Shown: positions 8,386-16,976 of the stretch, piece after piece
Numbering within the stretch: the first letter of the stretch is position 1
How the letters are laid out: each line of letters opens with the position of its first letter
Source of the DNA: Vicinamibacteria bacterium
GTDB taxonomy: Bacteria > Acidobacteriota > Vicinamibacteria > Marinacidobacterales > Marinacidobacteraceae
Assembly (NCBI GenBank): GCA_965116805.1
Contig: OZ220713.1
Coordinates: forward strand, 703,887 to 767,886
Direction: 5' to 3'
DNA length: 64,000 nucleotides
The notes under the pieces: generated by a model
Database searches by the model: none
What the model was told of the DNA's origin: nothing
Seen by the model: the letters and a program-made list of their open reading frames with translations, nothing else
Position numbers and translations under genes: made by a program

Positions 8386-10148
8386 CGGGGAATCACCGGA
8401 AGGACCACCTTCGAGGGATGCTCGGCGTCGTGGTAGACGGTGTTCGTGGCCACGACGCCGGGACGGTCCTCCATCATCTCCCGGCCGGTGTTCCCGTTGG
8501 GGTACCACTTCGGGAAGCTGGAACTCGTGACCGTCAGCCGGATCCGCTGACCCGGCAGGAAGACGTTGGACATCGGGTAGAGCTCGATGGTGTAGGGAAC
8601 GATCTCGCCCGGCGTGAGCAGCACCGGCGCCTCGTCTCCCTCGCGGTAGCGGGCGCGCTGGATCATCTGGCGGAGCAGTTGCGAGTAGCCGGACTCGTGG
8701 ACCGCGTTCATGGTGACCACCCAGTCGGTGTCCACCGCGGACGACGCGGCGAAGAACTCCACGCGCACGATGCCCGTGACCTCGAGCGGCGCGTCGAGCG
8801 GCTCCGAGGTGTAGGTGAGGCTCACGCGGTCGGCCGGCCGGTGGTCCTGCGCGCCCCGGGGCTCGACGAAGAGGTCGCCGCCGATGGTCGGCGCCGGCTT
8901 CCGGGGGTCGTACTCGTAGGAATCCGGGGTCTCGGCGTCCGGCGGCGCCTCCCGGGACAGCAGGCCGTCGTTCAGCGAATCGATGGTCCCGGCGGGACCG
9001 GCGCGCAGGTACCAGTCCTCCTCCTGCTGTCGGGCCAGCGGAAACTCGTTCTCCTCGCGCCAGACGTTGTCTCCCATCACGTAGATGAGCACCGGGGCCT
9101 CGTCCATGATGCCGTTGTCGTGGCCCTTCAGGTGGTGGTCGAACCAGCGGAGGCGGAGCGCCAGGTGGTCGATGCTGGAGCCGGGAAAGTTCATGTCGCC
9201 GACCCGGTCGTCGGTCGGAGGCCAGCCGTGGATCCAGGGGCCAACGATGAGCTTCTGCTGTCCCCGGCCCTGGGGGCCGCCGACCTCGTTCACCCGCTTG
9301 AAGTGTTGGACCGTGCCGTGGATGTGCCGGTCGTACCAGCCGCCGAGGTGATAGATGGGCACGTCGAACTTGTCGTACTGCTCGTCCACCGCGAGACGGC
9401 GCCAGTAGTCGTTGTAGTAGGGGTTCCCGACCAGGTCGTTGTACATGTCCGAGAACATGCTCTCGGTGAACGAATCTCCCACCTCCCGGTGTTCGTCGTA
9501 CCAGGCGGTCCACGCGTCGCCGGAGCCCAGGTAGCCCCGGTGCCCCGGGACGTTCATCCGGAGGGGTTTCACCATCTCCCGCTGGGTGAGCAGCCAGGTC
9601 GGCAGCACCATGTGGAGCGCGCCGCCCTGCCAGAAGATGTCCCGGTAGCTGTTCGACGCGTACTGCGAACAGAACATCGCCTCAAGGTGGGGCGGCTGGG
9701 TGGGAGCGGTCAGGAGCTGGTTCGCGCAGGTGAACGAGAGCCCGTGGGTTCCCACCTTCCCGCTGGACATCGGGTGCCGGGCGGCCCACTCGATGGTGTC
9801 GTAGCCGTCCTGACGCTCTCCCCAGCCCTCGTCCATCAGCCAGTAGTACTCGCCCTCGGACTCGTAGCGGCCGCGTTCGTCCTGCGCCATCGCGATGTAA
9901 CCGCGGGCCGCGAAGTACTCGGCGGAGGAACGGGCGCAGCCGCCCTTGTTGTACGGGGTGCGTTCGAGAATCACCGGGAACGGTCCCGGTCCCTGGCCGC
10001 GCGGGAGGTAGACGTCGGTCGCGAGGCGGGTGCCGTCCCGCATCGGGACCATCACCTGCTCGCAGGTCCAGTTCTGGGCGGCGGCAAGCGCCGGGAACAG
10101 CAGGAAAGCGAGGACTGCGGCCGCCGGCCGGATGGGGAGACGGGTCAT
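8382..10148 (-). CDS. CocE/NonD family serine hydrolase (S15), exported
   Basis: VPMRDGTRLATDVYLP, RTPY, QDERGRYESEG, GLSF nucleophile, GGWYD, GPWIHG, C-terminal jelly-roll. Confidence 0.92.
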   Translation of the reverse strand: MTRLPIRPAAAVLAFLLFPALAAAQNWTCEQVMVPMRDGTRLATDVYLPRGQGPGPFPVILERTPYNKGGCARSSAEYFAARGYIAMAQDERGRYESEGEYYWLMDEGWGERQDGYDTIEWAARHPMSSGKVGTHGLSFTCANQLLTAPTQPPHLEAMFCSQYASNSYRDIFWQGGALHMVLPTWLLTQREMVKPLRMNVPGHRGYLGSGDAWTAWYDEHREVGDSFTESMFSDMYNDLVGNPYYNDYWRRLAVDEQYDKFDVPIYHLGGWYDRHIHGTVQHFKRVNEVGGPQGRGQQKLIVGPWIHGWPPTDDRVGDMNFPGSSIDHLALRLRWFDHHLKGHDNGIMDEAPVLIYVMGDNVWREENEFPLARQQEEDWYLRAGPAGTIDSLNDGLLSREAPPDAETPDSYEYDPRKPAPTIGGDLFVEPRGAQDHRPADRVSLTYTSEPLDAPLEVTGIVRVEFFAASSAVDTDWVVTMNAVHESGYSQLLRQMIQRARYREGDEAPVLLTPGEIVPYTIELYPMSNVFLPGQRIRLTVTSSSFPKWYPNGNTGREMMEDRPGVVATNTVYHDAEHPSKVVLPVIPR

Positions 10149-10245
10149 CGCGACCTCCGTTGAGAAACCCGAAAGGGCTTCAATCTTCCCACGGCCCTCC
10201 GGGGCGCACCAAACGGGCGCGGGGCCCCCCCGGAGGGGGCAGCGC

Positions 10246-12297
10246 TCAGCGGTCCGCCTCGTCGAGCTGGACGAAGTGGTTCACGTAACCGCGGTAGCGG
10301 TCCCGGATGTCCCGCACGTAGCGCGTCACCTCGGAGCCCCGGACGTACCCGTAGGCCGCCCGGCTGGCGTACTCCGGCTCGCTCAGCCGGTTCATGGCCT
10401 CCTCGACGTGGCCGAACCAGAGCGACCCGTCGAGCCCCAGTTGGCGGGCGAGGCGGCGCCCGTCGCGGACGTGGCCGGGTCCGGCGTTGTAGGCCGCCAG
10501 CGCGAACCAGAGCTGTTCGCCCGGCGGCAGGTCGGGGAACCGTTCGCGGACCCAGGCCAGATAGCGCACGCCGGCGTCGATGCCCACCTCGGGTTCGGCG
10601 AGGCGGACCGGATCCACCCCGAGTTCCTCCGCGGTGCGCGGCATCACCTGCATCAGGCCGCGGGCCCCCGCGAAGCTGACGGTGTCGGGATCGAAGCCGC
10701 TCTCCTGGTACATCTGCGCGACGATCAGGCGCCAGTCGAAGTCCTCGGCCTCGGCGGCGGGCTTGACCAGGGCGTCGTACCGCGAGAGTTCGTCCCCGGT
10801 GACCCGGTGCTGGCGCTGGCGCGCCTGGCGGCGCCGGTTCACGAAGTACTTGTTGTAGAGGCTGTTGAACTCGAGGCCCCGGTAGCCGGCGTCGAGGAAG
10901 GCGTCCAGCTCGCGTTTCAGATCGGCCCGGAGCGGCCCCACCGCCCAGACGAGCTGCACCGTGGGTTCCACGGCGAGCCCCAGGGTCAACCGCGGCTCGA
11001 AGAGCGCCGCCAGTTCGGCGCGGTGGCTGTCCACCAGGGTGACGTCCACCTCGCCCTCTGCCACCGCCTCGAGGATCGCGTGGCTCGAGCGCTCCGTTGC
11101 CTCGACCTCGAAGTCGCCTTCGAGGCGGCCCAGCGTCGCCAGGTAGCTCGTCGCCTCCGGGACGGTCACCGTGCGGCCGGCGAGATCCGTCAGGTCCGCA
11201 ACCGGGTCCCCGGCAGTGACGAAGGTTTCCTGGATCTCGAGGTAATGCCGGGTGAAGAGCAGGCCTTCCGCCGCGCGGGTGGGGGTCTCCACCCAGCCGG
11301 CCGCGACGAGGTCCCCGCGTCCGGTCAGCAGTCCTTCCACGAGTTCCAGGTGATCGCGGGCCACAATGACCGCCAGATCCAGGCCGTGGCTCGCCGCGAA
11401 CTGTTGCACCAGCTCGTACTCGAACCCGAGCCGTTCCCCCCGCCAGAGGTAGTGGGTCACCGGCGAACTGATGGTGAGGAGCCGGAGCTGGCCCGACGCC
11501 CGGATCGCCTCCCAGTCGCGGATTTCCGCGGGTTCGTCGGCGACCGTGTGGTGTTCGGTCAGGAAATCGTCGAGCGCTTCGCGGAGTGCGGGGTTTTGCT
11601 TCCGCACGGCCCAGGCGATGCGCCGCGCCTCGGGAAGCTCCGCGAGTTTCCGGATTCCCGGACTCGTCCGGACGACGACCCGCGCGGCGGCCTCATCCAT
11701 GATCGTGGTGTCGAACGCGCCGTCCTCGATCAGCGTCCGGATGTTGAGCGGATCGAAGACGCCGGCCACTGCCACCCGGGGCGCCTCCGGATAGTGGGCG
11801 GCCAGGCTCTCCTCGTAGGAGGTTCCGGCGGGGACGCCGAACACGCCCTCGCCGCTACCGATGACCCACTCCCGGGAGATGGTGAGCGGGACGGTGAACG
11901 CCACCCGCTGCTGGCGGGTCTCGGTGACCGTCAACGTGGCGACCGCGACGTCGGCGCGGCCTTCCTCGAGCGCGACCAGCAGTCCATCCACGTCGGGAGA
12001 AACGATCCACTCGGCGCGCAGGCCGTGACGCTCGGCGAACTGTTCGGCGAGGAAGCGATAGCGCTCCTTCGACAGCCCCTGGGAGGGAAGGGTGTCGAAC
12101 GCCTCGAAACCATGCCGCACGAAGCGGATCACGCCCCGCTCCAGGATTGCCGGCCAGTCGTCGACGGTCCCGTCGGGGACCGCGGAGGGAGCCTCCGGTT
12201 CCGGCGCCCCGCACCCGGACAGCGCGGCGGGCAACAGGAGAGCCAGCACCACCGCTCCGCTGGCCGCGAACTGGCGCGAGGTGTTCGTCTTCGACAT
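10246..12297 (-). CDS. mltF: Lytic murein transglycosylase MltF-like lipoprotein with two substrate-binding domains
   Basis: Lipobox LSGC, two SBP_bac_3-like repeats (ADVAVATLTVTETR; GDLVAAGWVETPTR), SLT motifs QESGF, GARGLMQVM, AAYNAG. Confidence 0.85.
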   Translation of the reverse strand: MSKTNTSRQFAASGAVVLALLLPAALSGCGAPEPEAPSAVPDGTVDDWPAILERGVIRFVRHGFEAFDTLPSQGLSKERYRFLAEQFAERHGLRAEWIVSPDVDGLLVALEEGRADVAVATLTVTETRQQRVAFTVPLTISREWVIGSGEGVFGVPAGTSYEESLAAHYPEAPRVAVAGVFDPLNIRTLIEDGAFDTTIMDEAAARVVVRTSPGIRKLAELPEARRIAWAVRKQNPALREALDDFLTEHHTVADEPAEIRDWEAIRASGQLRLLTISSPVTHYLWRGERLGFEYELVQQFAASHGLDLAVIVARDHLELVEGLLTGRGDLVAAGWVETPTRAAEGLLFTRHYLEIQETFVTAGDPVADLTDLAGRTVTVPEATSYLATLGRLEGDFEVEATERSSHAILEAVAEGEVDVTLVDSHRAELAALFEPRLTLGLAVEPTVQLVWAVGPLRADLKRELDAFLDAGYRGLEFNSLYNKYFVNRRRQARQRQHRVTGDELSRYDALVKPAAEAEDFDWRLIVAQMYQESGFDPDTVSFAGARGLMQVMPRTAEELGVDPVRLAEPEVGIDAGVRYLAWVRERFPDLPPGEQLWFALAAYNAGPGHVRDGRRLARQLGLDGSLWFGHVEEAMNRLSEPEYASRAAYGYVRGSEVTRYVRDIRDRYRGYVNHFVQLDEADR

Positions 12298-12371
12298 CGC
12301 AAGCATCCGGCCGGATGGCCCCACCCCGCTGCTCGAAGAGCAACGGTCCCGAAGCCTAGCGCCTCCTTGGG

Positions 12372-12447
12372 TGGCGCGCCCTGAGGGATTCGAACCCCCG
12401 ACCTACAGGTTCGTAGCCTGTTGCTCTATCCACTGAGCTAAGGGCGC
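12372..12447 (-). tRNA. tRNA-Arg(ACG)
   Basis: 76-nt cloverleaf, anticodon arm ACAGG-CTACGAA-CCTGT, TTCGAAT T-loop, encoded CCA. Confidence 0.97.
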
Positions 12448-12466
12448 TCGCGACCCGGGGGCGCGC

Positions 12467-12475
12467 AATCTAGCA
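12467..12475 (-). promoter_or_regulatory. Extended -10 promoter candidate for tRNA-Arg
   Basis: TGC-TAGATT about 20 nt upstream of the tRNA 5' end. Confidence 0.45.
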
Positions 12476-12487
12476 GGTTTGCCTGAT

Positions 12488-12547
12488 GGGAGCGCCGGCC
12501 TCGGAGCGCCAGCCTCCGGCTGGCATCGCTCCGCGCGAGCGGAGCGA
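12488..12547 (+). repeat. Two-hairpin REP-like element, copy 3, preceded by a partial left arm
   Basis: GGGAGCGCCGGCCTC then GGAGC-GCCAGCC-TCC-GGCTGGC-A + TCGCTCCGC-GCGA-GCGGAGCGA. Confidence 0.8.
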
Positions 12548-12585
12548 AACCGCACTCCGCCGACCAGGGGTAGGCAGCGTTCCCC

Positions 12586-13512
12586 TTACGCAGCGGCGGC
12601 GGGGGTTTCCATGCCCCCGTGCGCCCAGCCCCGCGCCATCCGCGGCGTACTCCAGGCGGTCACCAGGCGGGAGTCCGGGGTGACGATCAGGAGCCCGGCC
12701 GTACCGCCGAGCCGCGACCGGCAGGCGGCCAGCAGCTCGCGGGCGGCATCCGCCGGATGCTGGCCGCCTTCCATCCGGGCGAGCACGGTGCGGGCCATGG
12801 AAAGGCGCGCGATCCCTTCGCCCCACCCGGTGCAGGCCACCCCGCCGATCCGGGAATCGGCGTAGAGCCCGGCGCCGGGCAGCGGCGTGTCGCCCACCCG
12901 GCCCGGGCGCTTGTTCAGCGTGCCGCCGGTGGACCCGGCGGCCGCAATGCGCCCTTCACCATCGATGGCAACCGCGCCGACCGTGTCTGCCGGCGAGGCG
13001 GCCCGCCGGCGCGCCTGGTGTGCGCGGAGCCGCTCCACCTCGCGGGGCACCACGAGTTCCTCGGGACGGATGGCCTCGAACCCCTGCTCCCGAGCGAACT
13101 CCTCGGCGCCCGGCCCGGCGAGCAGCACCTGCCGGGTGGCGTCGATCACCCGGCGGGCGACCCGGACGGGATTGCGGAGGGTGCGCACCGCCGCCACGCC
13201 GCCGACCCGGAGATCTTCACCGTCCATGATCGACGCGTCGAGCACCGCCTCGCCCCGGCGGTTGAGCACCGAACCGGTCCCCGCGTTCAGGGCCGGGTCG
13301 TCCTCGAGCAGCGTGACCACCGCTTCTACGGTGTCGAGCGCCGAAGCGCCGCCCCGCAGGGAGTCGAAGCCGAGCCGGGCCGCGGCGAGCGCGCCGGCCT
13401 CATGCGCTTCCCGCTCCTCGGGAGGAATGTCCCACGCGCCTCCGTGCACCAGGAGGGCCGGCCCGGTCCCCCGGACGACTTCGCACCGGATCCGGGGTTC
13501 GCTGCTGGTCAC
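12586..13512 (-). CDS. iaaA: Isoaspartyl peptidase/L-asparaginase (Ntn hydrolase)
   Basis: LLVHGGA, LEDDPALNAG, DASIMDG, DTVGAVA autocleavage Thr, STGG, GRVGDTP, TGWGE. Start approximate (GTG 13512). Confidence 0.92.
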   Translation of the reverse strand: MTSSEPRIRCEVVRGTGPALLVHGGAWDIPPEEREAHEAGALAAARLGFDSLRGGASALDTVEAVVTLLEDDPALNAGTGSVLNRRGEAVLDASIMDGEDLRVGGVAAVRTLRNPVRVARRVIDATRQVLLAGPGAEEFAREQGFEAIRPEELVVPREVERLRAHQARRRAASPADTVGAVAIDGEGRIAAAGSTGGTLNKRPGRVGDTPLPGAGLYADSRIGGVACTGWGEGIARLSMARTVLARMEGGQHPADAARELLAACRSRLGGTAGLLIVTPDSRLVTAWSTPRMARGWAHGGMETPAAAA

Positions 13513-13541
13513 CGGATCACCGGAAAAAACGAAACCACGCC

Positions 13542-13616
13542 TGGTACCGCTACGGGGATTCGAACCCCGGTTTGATGGCTGAGAACCACCCGTCCTAACC
13601 CCTAGACGATAGCGGC
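13542..13616 (-). tRNA. tRNA-Glu(CTC)
   Basis: 75-nt cloverleaf, anticodon loop TTCTCAG, TTCGAAT T-loop, encoded CCA. Confidence 0.95.
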
Positions 13617-13638
13617 ACCCGCAGGCGTGGGACCGACG

Positions 13639-13647
13639 ATCATAGCA
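13639..13647 (-). promoter_or_regulatory. Extended -10 promoter candidate for tRNA-Glu
   Basis: TGC-TATGAT about 22 nt upstream of the tRNA 5' end. Confidence 0.5.
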
Positions 13648-13660
13648 CTGCCCGTCGCCG

Positions 13661-14470
13661 TCACGGCCCTCGCACGACGGTGGCCGTGGACAGGTGCCAG
13701 TCGGCGATGGACGGCGCCGGGAGGTCCCGGTCCCCGTGCTGGCGCACGAGCACCCGGGCCCGCGAGCGGCGCGGGAGGAAACGCGCCAGAAAGAGCCCCC
13801 GGGCCAGCAGGCGGTGCGGGGTCTCGAACCAGACGGACGCAGCCGGGCCCGCGGCCCGAAGCGTCTCCCCGGCAAGCAGCGCGGTCAGGTCGGGTTCCCC
13901 GGGCGGCGCGATCCACCAGGGCACCGCGAGCGCGCCTTCCGCCGCCGGTTCGAACCGGCAGCTCGCGACCGGCCGGCCGCCGCGCACCAGGTGAACGCCG
14001 GCGGCGGGGAGCGCGGCGTCGGCCGGGAATCCGGCGACCGCACCGAAATCCGGCGCGAGGCGTTCGCGGAGACTCTCTTCCTCCGGGCGGGGCAGCGCTT
14101 CGGGAACCACCGTGACGTCGGCGAGCGGGCGGGCGCGCGGCAGGAGGAGCGCCGGCAAGCCCCGGCGCAGCCAGCCGGGCCGCACCGGACTGGAGTAGCG
14201 CGGCAGGGGCCCCGCGTCGTCGAACCCGAGCGCCCGGAGATCCGGGATCAGGGCGCTGGCGTCCTCCTCGAGGACCACCGCGGAAACTCCGGCGTCTCTC
14301 GACCACGCGGCGAGCCGCGCCAGCCCCTCGCGACGCGACTCGGGAGCGGGAAGTCGGAAGCGGGCGAGGAACGCTCCGGAAGTGGGCTCACCGGCGGACT
14401 GCGCCTGGAGCGGGGCGCCGGTGATTTCCGGTTGCGCGACTCGGGAACCCATTCCAGCACCGGAGGTCAC
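13661..14470 (-). CDS. Hypothetical protein, possibly a degenerate GNAT-fold protein
   Basis: Coding-like ORF in operon orientation; LRALGFDDAGPLPRY and C-terminal WHLS loosely resemble GNAT-family proteins. Confidence 0.45.
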   Translation of the reverse strand: MTSGAGMGSRVAQPEITGAPLQAQSAGEPTSGAFLARFRLPAPESRREGLARLAAWSRDAGVSAVVLEEDASALIPDLRALGFDDAGPLPRYSSPVRPGWLRRGLPALLLPRARPLADVTVVPEALPRPEEESLRERLAPDFGAVAGFPADAALPAAGVHLVRGGRPVASCRFEPAAEGALAVPWWIAPPGEPDLTALLAGETLRAAGPAASVWFETPHRLLARGLFLARFLPRRSRARVLVRQHGDRDLPAPSIADWHLSTATVVRGP

Positions 14471-14516
14471 GGCGCCGAGTAGAACACCATCACGGCGGGC
14501 GGCTTCTGCGCCCTCC

Positions 14517-14581
14517 GCCCGCCGGTCGGCGGGCTATGCCGGTCTGAAGGCCGCTACCGCGAGAACCGGCCGGCGCTTCCC
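14517..14581 (-). repeat. Long variant of the REP-like element, copy 4
   Basis: Plus strand: hairpin GCCCGCC-GGTC-GGCGGGC, then TGCCGGTCTGAAGGCCGCTACCGCGAGAACCGGCCGGCGCTTCCC; nearly identical to 23228-23271. Confidence 0.8.
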
Positions 14582-14590
14582 AGTCCCTGC

Positions 14591-14779
14591 TCACTCCTCG
14601 GGCGGCATCAGGATCCCGAGGACGATGTAACACAGGATGCCGGGAAAGGCGGCCGAGCACACGCTTACCAGCACGTAGAGAACGCGCAGCAGCGTCCGGT
14701 CCATGTTCCACCAGTCCGCGAGCCCGGCGCAGACCCCGAGCAGCATCCGGCCCTGGGAAGGGCGAACCAGCTTGGCCAT
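14591..14779 (-). CDS. pspC: PspC domain protein
   Basis: KLVRPSQGRMLLGVCAGLADWWNMDRTLLRVLYV...YIVLGILMP. Confidence 0.9.
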   Translation of the reverse strand: MAKLVRPSQGRMLLGVCAGLADWWNMDRTLLRVLYVLVSVCSAAFPGILCYIVLGILMPPEE

Positions 14780-14814
14780 TGTCTTCTCCTACGAATTGTC
14801 GGGGACGATAGTCG

Positions 14815-14997
14815 AATGGCCTGTGAACAAAGTGACACGGTATTCGACCGGCGATGCATCCCGGCTGAACCGCTCGGTTACACCTCGCTCATCGTTGCGC
14901 TTCGGTCGCAATACACTCGGTATTCCTCCCTCGCGCGCCTCGTCAGCCAGGCGCCTCGCCGGTCTCGGTACTCGCGGCACTTTATCCACAGGCCATT
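14815..14997. mobile_element. MITE-like non-autonomous element (about 183 bp)
   Basis: 20-bp terminal inverted repeats AATGGCCTGTGAACAAAGTG (14815-14834) and CACTTTATCCACAGGCCATT (14978-14997), 18/20 match; internal GACCGGCGA/TCGCCGGTC pair; no transposase ORF. Confidence 0.75.
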
Positions 14998-15844
14998 AGG
15001 CGATTGGAGATACGCCCACCGCCGACGCCAGGATCGCGAGCGCGCTCGCGGCGAGCAGGAGGAGCGCCCAGAGGCCGTGCTTGCCGCGTTCGGGCGAGTA
15101 GGCGCCAAAACGCGACGCGACGAAGTAACCGCCGAGGAACCCACCCAGATGGGCGGCGTTGTCGATCCCCGGCACCAGCGCGCCGAAGATCGCGATGAAG
15201 ATCACGTAGCGCCAGATCTGCCGGGCGAAGTCCGAACTGGTGCGCCGCCCGAAGTACAGGAGCGCCCCGATCAGGCCGCAGAGCGACGCCGAGGCCCCGA
15301 CCGTGATGCCCGGCGCCCCTCCGAGGAACGGGATGGCGATGCCGGACGCTCCCATGAACGAGGACAGCGCGAAGCCGGTGACCGCCGAAACCTGGTAGAT
15401 CACGAGCGCGCGGCTGGTGCCGAACATCTCCCCCACCGCCGGGAACAGGTTCCAGAGCCAGTACATGTTGAAGAAGATGTGCAGCAGCCCGCCGTGCAGC
15501 CAGCCCGCGCTCAGGACCGCGGACCACTTCCCGACTCCGAACACCGGAATGGCGCCCGCCGCTCCGAGCCGGTAGAGGATGCGGCCGTCCGGGCTGAGGA
15601 AACCCAGGAACCCGCGCATCTCGATGGCGCCCACGCTGAGCACCAGCGCCACCAGGAAGAGCCCGATGTTGGCGGCGAGGAGGACCTTCAGGACGCTCTC
15701 GGTATCGAAGCGGAGCACCCCCGCGAAACCGAACAGCCCGGGGTTCCGGCGGCCGCAGGAAAGACACTCCCGATCGTTGACCCCCACCAGCTTGCCGCAG
15801 CCGGGGCAGAGCACCGCGCCCTGCCGTTTCGCGCCGAACACCAC
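14996..15844 (-). CDS. Rhomboid intramembrane serine protease with N-terminal zinc ribbon
   Basis: CPGC...CLSC, LHGGLLHIFFNMYWL, GASA catalytic Ser, AHLGG catalytic His. Confidence 0.9.
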   Translation of the reverse strand: MVFGAKRQGAVLCPGCGKLVGVNDRECLSCGRRNPGLFGFAGVLRFDTESVLKVLLAANIGLFLVALVLSVGAIEMRGFLGFLSPDGRILYRLGAAGAIPVFGVGKWSAVLSAGWLHGGLLHIFFNMYWLWNLFPAVGEMFGTSRALVIYQVSAVTGFALSSFMGASGIAIPFLGGAPGITVGASASLCGLIGALLYFGRRTSSDFARQIWRYVIFIAIFGALVPGIDNAAHLGGFLGGYFVASRFGAYSPERGKHGLWALLLLAASALAILASAVGVSPIA

Positions 15845-15848
15845 CGGA

Positions 15849-16976
15849 TTATTCTGACACCGGTTCGGAGGGCCACCGCCGCGCGAAGAACGCCCGGACG
15901 CTCGCGGCGACCCGTTCGACCTCGCGTTCCGAGAGGCCGGGATGGAGCGGCAGGCTCAGCACCTCCCGGGCCGCCGCCTCGGCCTCCGGACAGGTTCCGC
16001 CGGCCACCAGAGCGTCCAAAAACGCGGGTTGCTCTGTGAGCGCGGCCGGATAGTGGACGAGGGCGTCGATTCCGGCGGCCTCGATATGCGCACGGAGCGC
16101 GTCCCGGGGCGCCGTCCGGATCACGAAGAGATGCGACGAGCCCTCCACTCCGGGCCCCGGGGTCACGAAGCGCAGCGGCAGCCCGTCGAGCAACTCCCGG
16201 TAGCGAAGCGCCAGGGCGGCGCGCCGCCGGTTCCCTTCCGGCAGCGCGGGGAGCCGCTCCCGAAGCACCGCGGCCTGGATTTCGTCGAGGCGGCTGTTCC
16301 ACCCCGGCGCGAGGTGGTGGTGGCGCTTCCCCTGCGCGCCGGAACGGAGGCTCCGCACGCGCGCGGCGAGCCCTTCGTCCGCCGTGGCCACCAGCCCGGC
16401 GTCGCCGAGGGCCCCGAGGTTCTTGGTGGGATAGAAGCTGAACGCGGCGGCCCGCCCGAAGGAGCCGAGCGCCCGCCCCGAAGCGCGCGCTCCGTGCGCC
16501 TGACAGGCGTCCTCGACGACGGGAATCTCGTGGCGGTCCGCGATCTCCAGGAGCTTCCCCCAGCCGGCGCCCGCGCCCCCGAAGATGTGCACCGGAACGA
16601 TCGCCCGGACCTCCTGTTCCTCGAGGGCCCGGGCCACGGCGCCGGCGTCGAGACACAGGCTCTCGGGCTCGACGTCGGCGAAGACCGGGGTCGCGCCGGC
16701 GTGCCGGATGCCGATCGCCGTGTAGCCGGTCGAGAACGCGGCGGTCAGGACCCGGTCGCCGGGGCCGATCCCGGCCGCCGCGAGCGCCAGCGTGATCGCG
16801 TCCGTCCCCGAGGCCACCCCCACGGCGTGCGCGACACCGATCGAGGCGGCGAAGGCCCGCTCGAACGCCTCCACCTCCGGACCCAGGACGAAGCGGCCCG
16901 ACGCCAGCACGCGCCCGACGGCCCGCCGGACGCCGGGATCGGAATCGGCCGCGAGGCGCTGAAACGGGATCCTCAT
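15849..16976 (-). CDS. DegT/DnrJ/EryC1/StrS PLP-dependent sugar aminotransferase
   Basis: SGTDAI, VHIFG, EDACQAHG, FSFYPTKNLGALGDAG, NSRLDEIQAA. Trimmed to ATG 16976. Confidence 0.93.
   Translation of the reverse strand: MRIPFQRLAADSDPGVRRAVGRVLASGRFVLGPEVEAFERAFAASIGVAHAVGVASGTDAITLALAAAGIGPGDRVLTAAFSTGYTAIGIRHAGATPVFADVEPESLCLDAGAVARALEEQEVRAIVPVHIFGGAGAGWGKLLEIADRHEIPVVEDACQAHGARASGRALGSFGRAAAFSFYPTKNLGALGDAGLVATADEGLAARVRSLRSGAQGKRHHHLAPGWNSRLDEIQAAVLRERLPALPEGNRRRAALALRYRELLDGLPLRFVTPGPGVEGSSHLFVIRTAPRDALRAHIEAAGIDALVHYPAALTEQPAFLDALVAGGTCPEAEAAAREVLSLPLHPGLSEREVERVAASVRAFFARRWPSEPVSE

Noticed and set aside
10224-10240. GCCCCC-CCGGA-GGGGGC hairpin after mltF as a terminator
   Set aside because: No U-tract; such hairpins are common by chance at this GC content.
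12372-13616. tRNA genes as integration sites for an island or prophage
   Set aside because: No duplicated tRNA 3' end, integrase or compositional break found nearby.
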